This document shows, one piece after another, positions 9,512 to 19,905 of a DNA stretch of 61,147 nucleotides (its first letter is position 1; each line of letters starts with the position of its first letter). Made by a program: the position numbers and the translations under genes. Origin of the DNA: Candidatus Woesearchaeota archaeon (GTDB lineage Archaea > Nanobdellota > Nanobdellia > Woesearchaeales > ARS49). Under the pieces are notes generated by a model that saw only the letters and a list, made by a program, of their open reading frames with translations, made no database searches and was not told the origin of the DNA. The stretch is taken from the NCBI GenBank assembly GCA_016929895.1, contig JAFGHW010000048.1:1-61147 (forward strand). Direction: 5' to 3'.

Positions 9512-11062
9512 TTAAACTGGTAAATAACAATTTTTATTACTTCTTAAACTTATCCATGACTCTATTTTAATGCCGGTTAATATTGCCAGTAGAGCCATTT
9601 TAAGAATAAAACTGTGAGTTTTATTCATGACAAATACCTGATTATAAATATCATTCCAAAAAGCATACTTGCCGTATTTAATTTCATTTAAACCTAGATT
9701 GAACAATAAAGTTTTTATTCCTTTTTTCTTGCAAAACTCTAAAATACTTATGTAATGAAAAAAATCAGAATTGTTTACAACAAATAATATGAAATCAAAA
9801 TCTTGATGTTTATTTTTTATTTTTTTAGCGCATAACACGCGCACTTTATTGTTTTTTGATAATTTATCTTTTAGATATCGGATTAATATCTTGTTTGAAA
9901 AATTGTATATCCCTATTTTGTTATTTTTTAATTTACTCAATTTTGATCTTTTGTATAAATAATCAATACCTGTTATAATATGGCCGCGAGATTCTTTTTC
10001 TACTTTTCTTAAAAAGTTTTTAAATTTTTTATATTGTTTTTTTTCATACAGCGATGGGTGTTTTATATGAATTTCTTTGCCCTTCTTTAATTTATAAAAG
10101 TTAGTTCTTTTTTCTCCGCGAATTAGCTTATAGAATTTGTTTCGTATAGAGGTTTGATTATAATTCTGTAGTAAATATCGGGTATCTGAACGAATTAAGC
10201 GGTTATTCGCCTTTTTAATAATTTTTTGATCATTTTTTTCTATAAGATCTTTGAAAGAAATAGCCCTTTTTGGAATATTTCCTATTTTTATGTTCCTGTT
10301 TATATTTAAATAGTCTAGAACAGTCTCAAAAATATCAATCACGCAAACAGGATTGTTGATTACTTTATGTTTTATATTGGATATTGATTTAGGAAGATGA
10401 ATAACTAAATTTGTTTTTAAAGTATCCTCGTCAACATAAAGAGAATGAACTTTTGGGTGCAGAAGCCAGCCTAAATAATGAAATTTACCGTAATCGATAT
10501 AACCGTGATCTGAAGACAGAATAAAAATAGAATCATCATATAATCTTTTATCTTTTAAGAAATTCACAATATCCGAAACTAATTTATCTCCATTTTCGTA
10601 AAAACCGGCATGGCAAAAGATGAAGTTTGGCTTTTTTTTATCCCAGTTATTGTTAACTAAAAATTTAAATTCTTCGAACATTTCATCATGATTGAACCAT
10701 TTTGTTCTATCTTTAATCTGCCGGGCGTTAATCTCATCTTGAAAATAAAGACGATTTGTATTATAAAACACCTGACTTTGGACATTATACCCTGCTTTTT
10801 TGAATCTTCTGAAATAATTATCTTCTTTGAATCGATGATTACTGAAATCAAAAAAACAAGGAAATAATCCATAAGCAAATCTGCCGGTTATTATCCCTGC
10901 AAAAGACATCAGAGTAGATGATGCTGAAGTTATAACTTCCTTAAAACTTATGTTTTCTTTTCCTAATGTATCAAAAGCCTTTAACCTAGAATGCATATCC
11001 TTGCCTGGCTTTGCTCTGTTGCCGTCCACAAGCACACAAAAAACATTAGGTTGTTTTTTCAT
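9512..11062 (-). CDS. Alkaline-phosphatase-superfamily (sulfatase-like) enzyme, apparently cytoplasmic, with an extra lysine-rich C-terminal half
   Basis: 516 aa. It has an N-terminal VLVDGNRAK (metal Asp), TSASSTLMSFAGIITGR (candidate Ser/Thr nucleophile region) and ILSSDHGY. There is no signal peptide or TM helix, and no C/S-x-P/A-x-R formylglycine motif. Confidence 0.55.
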   Translation of the reverse strand: MKKQPNVFCVLVDGNRAKPGKDMHSRLKAFDTLGKENISFKEVITSASSTLMSFAGIITGRFAYGLFPCFFDFSNHRFKEDNYFRRFKKAGYNVQSQVFYNTNRLYFQDEINARQIKDRTKWFNHDEMFEEFKFLVNNNWDKKKPNFIFCHAGFYENGDKLVSDIVNFLKDKRLYDDSIFILSSDHGYIDYGKFHYLGWLLHPKVHSLYVDEDTLKTNLVIHLPKSISNIKHKVINNPVCVIDIFETVLDYLNINRNIKIGNIPKRAISFKDLIEKNDQKIIKKANNRLIRSDTRYLLQNYNQTSIRNKFYKLIRGEKRTNFYKLKKGKEIHIKHPSLYEKKQYKKFKNFLRKVEKESRGHIITGIDYLYKRSKLSKLKNNKIGIYNFSNKILIRYLKDKLSKNNKVRVLCAKKIKNKHQDFDFILFVVNNSDFFHYISILEFCKKKGIKTLLFNLGLNEIKYGKYAFWNDIYNQVFVMNKTHSFILKMALLAILTGIKIESWISLRSNKNCYLPV

Positions 11063-11184
11063 TTTTGTCTTTGTCTTTTTACATTTTTTAAATTATTTTT
11101 CTGTTTATAAACGTTATGGACGTTTGCTTTTGTTTGCTGTACAAGAATTATTTATTTTTCCTTTAAAGATACTATTGATGTCTA

Positions 11185-11844
11185 TTACGATACATTCTTT
11201 AATAAAATTTCCATTTCTATTAAATCTTTTTTATCTCGCCGAAATATTTTGTTAATGATAATAAGTTTTATTTTTTCCCATAAATTTCTTGCTTTTTTAT
11301 TTTTGTTGATTATATTAAAACCCAGTTTCTGGTATAAACTTATTGCTTTTGTATTGGTATTGTGAACTGCCAAAGTAATCAAGGGCACATTTAATCTCTT
11401 AGCTTCTTCGAAAACTAAACGCATTAATGTTTTGCCTAGACCTCTTCCTTGGGCAGAGCTATGCACGCCGATTCCGAACCATGGCTTTTGAGGATGATTT
11501 AGAGAAAATAGAATAGTCCAACTAACGAAATTGTAAACATTTTTTGGGATATTTCTAAATCTAAGCAAACCTGATATAGGCGGCAATTTTGGTGCCCTGC
11601 TTTGATTAATATTTTGTACAAAAGTGTGTCCAACGATATTTTGGTGTTTATTAACTGCAACTAAACTAATAGTTTTATTCTGAAATGTTTCTTTAATATG
11701 ACTTGCCATTGCCTCAAGTGTAAAAGGCCAAGGCTGGTAAAAAAATCTATCTTTACCAGAGAAAGCTAAATAGAAATTCAGCAATCTTTTTTCATCTCCT
11801 TTCTTTAGTTTACGTATTGATATTTCTTCATCGACTTTGTACAT
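11185..11844 (-). CDS. GNAT-family N-acetyltransferase
   Basis: 219 aa with the acetyl-CoA binding motif AQGRGLGKTLM and a C-terminal AISLYQKLGF. Confidence 0.75.
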   Translation of the reverse strand: MYKVDEEISIRKLKKGDEKRLLNFYLAFSGKDRFFYQPWPFTLEAMASHIKETFQNKTISLVAVNKHQNIVGHTFVQNINQSRAPKLPPISGLLRFRNIPKNVYNFVSWTILFSLNHPQKPWFGIGVHSSAQGRGLGKTLMRLVFEEAKRLNVPLITLAVHNTNTKAISLYQKLGFNIINKNKKARNLWEKIKLIIINKIFRRDKKDLIEMEILLKNVS

Positions 11845-11891
11845 ATGATTTGCCTTTTAACAATTTTATAAACTAAACTTTGCATTTATAT

Positions 11892-12905
11892 TTAAAAATT
11901 TCTTTTTTTATTATCTATCTTAATTATTTTTGAAAATACTTCTTTAAACCTCTTAACACTACTTTCTTTGTTATATTTTAAAGCCACTTTTTTGCATTTT
12001 TCTCCAAGTTTCTTTTTCTTGTTAGGATTCTTTTGTAATTTAATAAGACGATTTGCAATAAGATCAGCATCTAATTCACAAATAAGAGATTTATCTACTT
12101 GTTCAACGATATCTTTGGCGCCGCAATATTTTGAAATGACTGGAGGAATACCAACGTACATAGCTTCAATAATATTCACCCCAAAAGGCTCGAGACGGGC
12201 GGCATTTAGGTACAACCCGCTTTTATTCAAGTAAGGCACAGGATCGCAAAGACCTGGAGTAATCACATTATTTTCTTTTTTAAGAATTCTTGCGTATTCT
12301 CCCCAATCACATACAAATAATTTAGATTTAGGAAATTTTTTATTAAATTTCTTAAAAGAATCAAGCATTATATCTGCGCCTTTTGAATGTCTTGCAGTAG
12401 AGATGGTGCATATGTTTGAACTTTTTAAATTGCCTGTTTTATTTTTGAATTTATTGGTATCAACAAAAGGATGAACAATATAACAAGGGGCCTTTGAGTA
12501 TTTTGAGGCCATTTCTTTCATAATAGAAGAAGTGCAAATAAAATAATCCACTTTTTTGATGTACCATTCATAAATCTTTTTTATTATTCCTTTTTGTTTT
12601 GGATAGTTTAAAAAAAAAGTGTCACTATTTATCAAAATAATCTTTGTGCCTTTTCTTTTGTTTAAAATTGCGGGTAAAATAGTTTTGAATCCTTCAACAA
12701 CATAAATATCTGCTTTTGGCGTATTAATTGATTTAAGTAACGCAAAAAATTGATTAACAACAGAATTTAAATAAATAAAATCCCTAAGCGGCTTTATTTT
12801 ACAGATAAAATTAGGAATATACGCAGTAAAATTATTTGTAACATTCTCTAACCAGGTTTTGTGAATGTCGTGGGGAGAACCTTGGCATATAAAAACAATT
12901 TTCAT
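11892..12905 (-). CDS. GT4 glycosyltransferase
   Basis: 337 aa with the GT-B C-terminal motif RLEPFGVNIIEAMYVGIPPV. Confidence 0.8.
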   Translation of the reverse strand: MKIVFICQGSPHDIHKTWLENVTNNFTAYIPNFICKIKPLRDFIYLNSVVNQFFALLKSINTPKADIYVVEGFKTILPAILNKRKGTKIILINSDTFFLNYPKQKGIIKKIYEWYIKKVDYFICTSSIMKEMASKYSKAPCYIVHPFVDTNKFKNKTGNLKSSNICTISTARHSKGADIMLDSFKKFNKKFPKSKLFVCDWGEYARILKKENNVITPGLCDPVPYLNKSGLYLNAARLEPFGVNIIEAMYVGIPPVISKYCGAKDIVEQVDKSLICELDADLIANRLIKLQKNPNKKKKLGEKCKKVALKYNKESSVKRFKEVFSKIIKIDNKKRNF

Positions 12906-12994
12906 ATTGAAAAAGACATAATTGTGTTTTATAAATGTTATGTACTTAGTATAGATAATTATTTAAATCTATTAAAAATTTTTTAGTTGTTAAA

Positions 12995-13747
12995 ATGAAA
13001 AAACCAACGGTGTTTATATGTTCTTTTGAAAAAGAGAGTTTGACTTATGTTTTTAAAAAAGGCATTGAAGCCATTTACTCTAAAGGATTAGTATACGTTA
13101 TATTTGCTGGATTTAACAGACTTTATAAAAGAACTATGCGCCCTTTTTTATTTTTTAGGGGCAGGAAGTCTTTTATTTTTGATGAAAAACGACTCAAATA
13201 TTTTTGTTCAGGCGATGCTGCTTTTAGTGAGCGCGTTATAGAAATACCTCTTATTACTCATTTCTTGAGGATAAACAAAAAAAAGATAGTTCTGGAAATA
13301 GGCAATGTTTTAAATTCCTATAAGAATTATACTTCCTACGTTGTTGATAAATACGAGAAAGCGAAAAGAGTGATAAATGAAGATATAATAGATTATAACC
13401 CTAAAATAAAATGTGATGTTGCTGTAAGTATTTCAACACTAGAACATGTAGGGTGGGATGAACGCCCCAAAAATTCTAAAAATTTTTTAAAAGCTATTAA
13501 AAATATAAGAAAGAACTGCTTAAAAAAAGGCGGACAATTAATTTTTACTGTTCCTTTGGGTTATAATACGTACATGGACTATATTTTAAAGCATAATAAA
13601 ATAAGGTTGCATAAAAAATACTTTTTTAAAAGAATCTCTTTAAATAACCAATGGATTTTAACATCTGAAAAAGAAGCATTTTCTAAAAAATATAATTTTC
13701 CGTATGAATGTGCTAATGCAATAATGCTTGGAATATTGCAAAAATAG
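12995..13747 (+). CDS. Class-I methyltransferase-fold protein with degenerate SAM motif I
   Basis: 250 aa. VLEIGNVLNSY replaces the usual GxGxG. Downstream are DVAVSISTLEHVGW and GGQLIFTVP, as in the Methyltransf_11/23 fold. Confidence 0.4.
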   Translation: MKKPTVFICSFEKESLTYVFKKGIEAIYSKGLVYVIFAGFNRLYKRTMRPFLFFRGRKSFIFDEKRLKYFCSGDAAFSERVIEIPLITHFLRINKKKIVLEIGNVLNSYKNYTSYVVDKYEKAKRVINEDIIDYNPKIKCDVAVSISTLEHVGWDERPKNSKNFLKAIKNIRKNCLKKGGQLIFTVPLGYNTYMDYILKHNKIRLHKKYFFKRISLNNQWILTSEKEAFSKKYNFPYECANAIMLGILQK

Positions 13748-13821
13748 ATATTTTTGATAAAATAAGCAATAAGAATTTATAGTCCAAAAGATTTAAATAG
13801 GCCAAATTAACCTTTTGTTTG

Positions 13822-15267
13822 ATGAAATTTAAAAGAATTCTGTTAATAGTACCTCCTTTTCCAGGTGTTAATCAAGGAAAAAATGTGCTCTTATTGGGGG
13901 TTGGGTATATTTCTCAATATTTGTTAGATAATGGTATACAAAATACGGTTTTTGATATGCGTCTTGGATATTCTGTAAAAGATCTTAAAAAAATAATTTT
14001 AGAATATCGACCGGACTTAATAGGCATGCAGATAATGACATATCGGCATGACATTGCATATGATATCATAAATGAGATTGTAGGCGGAAATTATAAGATT
14101 GTTCTTGGAGGGCACCACGTCTCTACTATTGATGCAGAGATACTCCGACAAACAAAAGCAGATTTTGCTATACGAATGGAAGGAGAAGATGCAATGCTAG
14201 AATTATGCCAAGGAAAACCTTATGAAACAATAAAAAATCTGATTTACCGTAAAGATGGCAAAATAATACAAAATTCTTTGCGTCCGTTTATAGAAGATCT
14301 TGATAGACTAACTTTTCCAAGATACGAACGCTTTGAATTATCAAAATACGATGAGCAATTACCAATTACAACTTCAAGAGGATGCCCGTTTCAATGTATT
14401 TACTGTCCTTGCGCAGCTACTATTGGTCGGCTATTCCGCGTTAGAAGCCCAGAAGATGTAATTAAAGAACTTAATTATTGGTATCATAAAGGTCATAAAA
14501 GATTTGCTTTTGTAGATGATAATTTCACACTCTTCCCGGAAAGAGTTCATAAATTATGCAGGTTAATAGAAAAAAATTGTTTGAAAGATTTAGATATTTA
14601 TTGTCAGGGAATACGCGCAGATAAAGTAAATCTAGAGCTTCTTAAAACTATGAGAAAAGCTGGATTTAGCCAATTAGGAATTGGCGTTGAAGTTGGCAAT
14701 GATAAAATGTTAAAAATAATTAAAAAGGGAGAAAAAAGAGAACACATAGAACAAGCTGCACAATGGGCTATTGAAGTAGGGTTTGATGTTCAATTTTATT
14801 GTATGATTGGTCTTCCGTACGAAACTGTTCAAGATGTGGAGGAGACTTTTCAACTTGCTTTAAAATTCCCAATAGCCGATGTTCATTTTCATAATGTTAT
14901 CCCTTTTCCAAAAACAGAACTTTATGAATGGGTTAAAAAAAATAATTACTCAATCGGCGATCTTGATAAATCTCTTATTGATAGAGAGCATTTTTCAAGA
15001 CAACCTTTTTTTGAAACACCAGAACTTCCTGCAAAAGAAAGAATACGCCTTCTTAAAAAAGCGCAAAAAATCGAGAAAATAGTTTTAAAACATTATTTTA
15101 CTCGTAAAATGACGCCTTCTTTTGGAAGATTTTCTGGCCTTCTAGCATTTTTTTTCTTTTTTGGTCCGATACATAAATTAGTAACTATAACTTTCCAAAC
15201 TAAAATGGGAAAATTTTTTATTAGAACTTTTTTAGATAAATACCATATAGACGTTCATTATTATTGA
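13822..15267 (+). CDS. B12-binding-domain radical SAM enzyme (class B)
   Basis: The N-terminal part looks like a cobalamin-binding domain (ILLIVPPFPG...LGVGYISQYL). CPFQCIYC lies at nt 14383-14406. The ATG at 13822 is preferred over the track TTG at 13819. Confidence 0.85.
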   Translation: MKFKRILLIVPPFPGVNQGKNVLLLGVGYISQYLLDNGIQNTVFDMRLGYSVKDLKKIILEYRPDLIGMQIMTYRHDIAYDIINEIVGGNYKIVLGGHHVSTIDAEILRQTKADFAIRMEGEDAMLELCQGKPYETIKNLIYRKDGKIIQNSLRPFIEDLDRLTFPRYERFELSKYDEQLPITTSRGCPFQCIYCPCAATIGRLFRVRSPEDVIKELNYWYHKGHKRFAFVDDNFTLFPERVHKLCRLIEKNCLKDLDIYCQGIRADKVNLELLKTMRKAGFSQLGIGVEVGNDKMLKIIKKGEKREHIEQAAQWAIEVGFDVQFYCMIGLPYETVQDVEETFQLALKFPIADVHFHNVIPFPKTELYEWVKKNNYSIGDLDKSLIDREHFSRQPFFETPELPAKERIRLLKKAQKIEKIVLKHYFTRKMTPSFGRFSGLLAFFFFFGPIHKLVTITFQTKMGKFFIRTFLDKYHIDVHYY

Positions 15268-15303
15268 GTTAGTTTACACAAATTACGTCGCGGGGTTATA
15301 TTA

Positions 15304-16422
15304 ATGAGAATAAAATGTTTTACACCATCTAATTTTGTAACAGGAGGAGTTGCACAGTGCAGTCATTCTATAAAATTATCTCTCGATAAAAGAGGCAAGA
15401 AAATCAGAATAGAACCAAATGACCAATTTGACACAAGCAATCCTTTTTATTTTATAAAAAAAGCTCTGCGGAGCAGTAATTGCGACGTTCTTTTAGTTCA
15501 GTATAACGCCGATCTTTTTGGAAACCTATTTGGAGTCAATGGGGTTTATGCTTTTATCTTTTATTTTTTAGTAAAACTAGCTAATGTAAAAATAGCGACA
15601 ACGATTCATGATATCCCGGCATTAAATAAATATACTAAATTTCAACAAAAAGTATTAAGACTATTATTTTTTCCGGTTTTATTTTATAGCGATAAAATAA
15701 CAGTGCATACAAATGAAGCAAGGTCTCTTATTCTTGAATATGGTTGTAAAAAAGATAAATTAGTAAAAGTTGAACATGGCATAAATGTTGCTGGCATAAA
15801 AATACAAAATAAAAATGTCGCAAAAAAGAAAATTAGAAAAAAAAATAAAAAAATAATATTCGCGTGGGGATTTATACGACCCTCTAAGGGTTATGAAAAA
15901 GTTATTGCGGTTATGCCAAAATTGTCTAAAGAAATCGTATTTATTATTGCGGGGCCTGTATACAACAGAAATAAAAAAAATCGCGCATCTGTTGATTTAA
16001 AATATTGCAATTATTTAAAAGCGTTAACAAGACGATTAAAACTAAATAAACGCATTTTTATTGAAGATAGACGGCTAACAGATAAAGAAATCGAGCTGTA
16101 TATGAGTGCTGCAGATATTTCTATATTACCTTATAAGTTTATTACCCAATCAGGAGTTTTATCTAGGTCTTTTGCGTATAAAAGGATAATCCTTGCATCA
16201 AATGTGCCTCCATTTCCATCAATAAAAAAAGATTATGGAAGCATAGAAACGTATAAATTAAACGATGAAGAAGATTTGATAAACAAAATAAAATTATTGT
16301 TATACAACAAAAGAAGAATTAAGAATCTTAATAAAAAAGTAGAACAAATCCGTAAAATAAGAGATTGGGATAATATAAGTATCCAATTGTGGGATTTATT
16401 TGAAAACATTTATAAATTATAA
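15304..16422 (+). CDS. GT4-like glycosyltransferase, paralog A
   Basis: 372 aa with a GT-B C-terminal half (MSAADISILPYKFITQSGVLSRSFAYKRIILAS). It is a clear paralog of 18750-19880. Confidence 0.75.
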   Translation: MRIKCFTPSNFVTGGVAQCSHSIKLSLDKRGKKIRIEPNDQFDTSNPFYFIKKALRSSNCDVLLVQYNADLFGNLFGVNGVYAFIFYFLVKLANVKIATTIHDIPALNKYTKFQQKVLRLLFFPVLFYSDKITVHTNEARSLILEYGCKKDKLVKVEHGINVAGIKIQNKNVAKKKIRKKNKKIIFAWGFIRPSKGYEKVIAVMPKLSKEIVFIIAGPVYNRNKKNRASVDLKYCNYLKALTRRLKLNKRIFIEDRRLTDKEIELYMSAADISILPYKFITQSGVLSRSFAYKRIILASNVPPFPSIKKDYGSIETYKLNDEEDLINKIKLLLYNKRRIKNLNKKVEQIRKIRDWDNISIQLWDLFENIYKL

Positions 16423-16446
16423 ACCACCCTCTTGGTGATGTAAAAA

Positions 16447-17499
16447 ATGAAAATAGCTTTAATAACAGGAATAACTGGTCAAGATGGAGTATATTTAGCA
16501 GACTTTTTATTGAAAAAAGGATACGACGTATATGGAGGATTCCGCCGATTAAGTACGCCCAATTTTTGGAGATTAAAAGATATGGAAGTATTCGATAAAA
16601 TTAAATTAGTTCCATTGGATCTTTCAGATCAAAGTTCTATGATGAACTTTTTAGAAAAGATAAAGCCTGATGAAATTTATAATCTGGCTGCGCAAAGTTT
16701 TGTGGGAGTCTCTTTTGAACAGCCAATTCATTCTGGCGATATAACCGGGTTAGGAGTAACAAGATTAATAGATACGATTAGAACATTAAGCCCTAAATCA
16801 AAATTTTACCAAGCATCTTCCAGTGAAATGTATGGAGATGTAGGCGATGCTGTGCCGCAAGATGAAACTACTGTATTTAAACCAAGAAGCCCTTATGCTG
16901 CCGCAAAAACTTATGCTCATTATATTGTTCAAAATTATAGAAGCGCCTATAACCTTTATGCATGTTCAGGAATATTGTTTAACCATGAATCACCGTATAG
17001 AGGAATAGAATTTGTAACAAGAAAAATTACCAATGCTGTTGCAAGAATTAAACTGGGATTGCAAAAAGAATTAACTTTAGGCAATATAGATGCTCAAAGA
17101 GATTGGGGCTTTGCGGGAGATTATGTTCAAGCAATGTGGATGATGCTTCAGCAGGACAAGCCCGATGATTATGTGATCGCAACTAATGAAGCATATACAG
17201 TCAGAGATTTTGCTAAAAAATCATTTGAGATTGCAGGATTAAATTATGAAGACTATACAAAAACTGATACGAAATTTATGAGACCATCTGATGTTCATCT
17301 ATTAAAAGGAAATCCTCAAAAAGCAAAAGATAAAATGGGCTGGGAACCAAAAGTTAATTTTAATGAATTAATAAAAATGATGGTAGAGCGAGATATCCAA
17401 AGATGGCGAAGATATCTGAAAGGAGAAGTTTTTCCATGGGACGCCATAAATGCAGAAGGCTGGGAAGTAACTTCTTTACCATCCTATAGGTTTACATAA
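16447..17499 (+). CDS. gmd: GDP-mannose 4,6-dehydratase
   Basis: 350 aa. Motifs are MKIALITGITGQDGVYLADFLLKKGY, SSSEMYG, YAAAK (YxxxK) and ILFNHESPYRG, all characteristic of Gmd. Confidence 0.93.
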   Translation: MKIALITGITGQDGVYLADFLLKKGYDVYGGFRRLSTPNFWRLKDMEVFDKIKLVPLDLSDQSSMMNFLEKIKPDEIYNLAAQSFVGVSFEQPIHSGDITGLGVTRLIDTIRTLSPKSKFYQASSSEMYGDVGDAVPQDETTVFKPRSPYAAAKTYAHYIVQNYRSAYNLYACSGILFNHESPYRGIEFVTRKITNAVARIKLGLQKELTLGNIDAQRDWGFAGDYVQAMWMMLQQDKPDDYVIATNEAYTVRDFAKKSFEIAGLNYEDYTKTDTKFMRPSDVHLLKGNPQKAKDKMGWEPKVNFNELIKMMVERDIQRWRRYLKGEVFPWDAINAEGWEVTSLPSYRFT

Positions 17500-17500
17500 T

Positions 17501-18661
17501 ATGGAAAAAGAAAATATTAAAACAATACCCGTATGTACAATTACGCTCCGTGGCAATGAAAGAAAATATGTGGAGAATTGTCTTTATACCGGTTGGATAT
17601 CTTCCAAAGGAAAATATGTCGAACTATTTGAAAAGAAGTTTGCAGATTTTTGTAATGTGAAATTTGCTGTTTCTTGTGTTAATGGAACTGCTGCACTGCA
17701 TTTAGCGTTAGAATCTCTAGGTATTACTCAAGGAGATGAAGTTATTATTCCAGATTTCACATTTGTTGCCACCGCAAATGCTGTACGCTATTCCCGGGCG
17801 AAACCTATTTTAGTTGATTCCGAATTAGATACTTGGAATATTGATGTTGACAGAATCGAAGAAAAAATAACTCCAAAAACAAAAGCAATAATTCCCGTGC
17901 ATATATATGGACATCCTGTAAATATGGATCAGATTAAAAAAATTGCAAAAAAATATAGTTTATATGTTATTGAAGATGCTGCGCAAGCACACGGAGCAGA
18001 ATATAAAGGGAAAAAGGCGGGTAGTTTAGGCGATGTTGGATGCTTTAGTTTCTTTGCGAATAAAATAATAACCACTGGTGAAGGAGGTATGCTTGTAACA
18101 GACAATGAAAAAGTAGCTAATAGAGCAAAATCGCTTCGAAATCACGCGTCTGACACTAAATTGTTTAACGTCAATAGGTATTTTCATGAAGCGCTAGGAT
18201 ATAATTATAGGATGAGTAATATACATGCGGCTGTTGGTCTAGCACAAATGGAATATGCCCAAGATTTAGTCGACGCGAGAATTGAAAATGCAAAGAAATA
18301 TCATTCATTATTAAAGGATATTCCAGGACTAACTCTTCCTCTTTGCAAATCATGGGCAAAAAATGTTTATTGGATGTATAGCATATTGGTCAAACCTGAA
18401 TTTGGTATAACAAAAAATGAATTGATGGCGGCGCTGTATAATCAAGAGATAGGGACAAGATCTTTTTTTTATCCTATAAGCAGGCAACCTGCTTATTCAA
18501 AAGACAAATATATTTTGGGTAATTTTAATACTCAAGAATTAAAAATATCCAATTTGCTTTATGAACAAGGATTAACCCTTCCTTCAAGCAGCTCATTAAC
18601 AATTGAAGAAATAAAAAGAGTTGCAGAAACTATTAGAAGTTTGTCATTGCAAAAATCTTAA
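17501..18661 (+). CDS. DegT/DnrJ/EryC1-family PLP aminotransferase; GDP-perosamine-synthase-like by context
   Basis: 386 aa. The PLP lysine is retained (FSFFANKIITTGEGG), so a ColD-type dehydratase is unlikely. The ATG lies 2 nt after the gmd stop. Confidence 0.8.
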   Translation: MEKENIKTIPVCTITLRGNERKYVENCLYTGWISSKGKYVELFEKKFADFCNVKFAVSCVNGTAALHLALESLGITQGDEVIIPDFTFVATANAVRYSRAKPILVDSELDTWNIDVDRIEEKITPKTKAIIPVHIYGHPVNMDQIKKIAKKYSLYVIEDAAQAHGAEYKGKKAGSLGDVGCFSFFANKIITTGEGGMLVTDNEKVANRAKSLRNHASDTKLFNVNRYFHEALGYNYRMSNIHAAVGLAQMEYAQDLVDARIENAKKYHSLLKDIPGLTLPLCKSWAKNVYWMYSILVKPEFGITKNELMAALYNQEIGTRSFFYPISRQPAYSKDKYILGNFNTQELKISNLLYEQGLTLPSSSSLTIEEIKRVAETIRSLSLQKS

Positions 18662-18749
18662 TCAATGTATCCAGTTAAATATTTCTTTATAAACATTGTG
18701 GATAACTAATGTATAATCTTTTTAAAAAAAAGAAAGCAATTTAAATGAT

Positions 18750-19880
18750 ATGAACGCTAAATTTTTTGCGCCCTTAGGACCGGGAGGCGGGGGAAGCACA
18801 GAATACAGTTTAGCTATTCAAAGAAGTCTTGTAAAAGCAAACAAAAAAATAGAACTGCTTAATAATCCTAATCATATCACAAAAAATCCTCTTTATTTCA
18901 TAAATAAGGCAAGGAAGTGCCGAAATTGTGATGTTTTATTAACTCACTTTAATACCAATCTTTTTGGCAGATTATTTGGGATAAATGGTGTCTATTCTTT
19001 ATTGTATTACTTCCTAGTTTCATTAAAAGGGCCTAAAATAGTAACAATAATACACGACATTCCCAAACTAAGAAAATATTCTTTGTTTAGTCAATTATGC
19101 CTAAAAATTTTATATTTTCCCATATTTTTCTTTGGAACACAAGTAATAGTGCATAATCCTATCGCCAAAATGGATATTTTAAAATACGGATGCCCAAAAA
19201 ACAAGATAAAAATAATCGAGCATGGGATTGATATAGATACTATAAAAATACAAAACAACAAAATAGCTAAAAAGAAAATCGGTTTTCCTAATAAAAAAAT
19301 ACTTCTTTCATGGGGATATATTCGACCGTCTAAAAATAATGAAGAAATAATAAAAATAATGCCACAACTACCAAAAAATGTTATATTTATAGTTGTTGGG
19401 CCGGGCTGGCATGACGACAAAAAGAATTCATCGCCTGAAGACAAAAAATATTTTGAATACTTGTGTAGATTAACAAAACAGAACAAATTAAGTGACAGAG
19501 TATTTTTGTACCCTAAAAAATTAAGCGCCGAAGAAATAAGCAATTATATGAGCGCGGCAGACATATCGGTACTTCCGTACAAATTTTCAACACAATCAGG
19601 AGTCTTATCTAAATCATGGGCGTATAAAAGAATAGTGCTTGCATCTGATGTTTCTCCATTTTCTTATCTAAAGAAAAAATATAATGCTTTGGAAACATTT
19701 CAATTAGGCAATGAACAAGATCTGGTTAATACAATAAAATCTCTTTTATCGGATTCTAAAAAAATATCAATTTTACACAAAAATATTAGTGCTGTGCGCA
19801 AAAAAAGAGACTGGAATGTGATTTCTTGGGAGTTTTGGGATCTATTGGAAAAAGTTTATAAAGAAAAACAAAAGAAATAA
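18750..19880 (+). CDS. GT4-like glycosyltransferase, paralog B
   Basis: 376 aa. Long stretches are conserved with 15304-16422, for example NPLYFINKARKCRNCDVLL and MSAADISVLPYKFSTQSGVLSKSWAYKRIVLAS. Confidence 0.75.
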   Translation: MNAKFFAPLGPGGGGSTEYSLAIQRSLVKANKKIELLNNPNHITKNPLYFINKARKCRNCDVLLTHFNTNLFGRLFGINGVYSLLYYFLVSLKGPKIVTIIHDIPKLRKYSLFSQLCLKILYFPIFFFGTQVIVHNPIAKMDILKYGCPKNKIKIIEHGIDIDTIKIQNNKIAKKKIGFPNKKILLSWGYIRPSKNNEEIIKIMPQLPKNVIFIVVGPGWHDDKKNSSPEDKKYFEYLCRLTKQNKLSDRVFLYPKKLSAEEISNYMSAADISVLPYKFSTQSGVLSKSWAYKRIVLASDVSPFSYLKKKYNALETFQLGNEQDLVNTIKSLLSDSKKISILHKNISAVRKKRDWNVISWEFWDLLEKVYKEKQKK

Positions 19881-19905
19881 AAATATAATATGTAACAGAT
19901 GCTTT

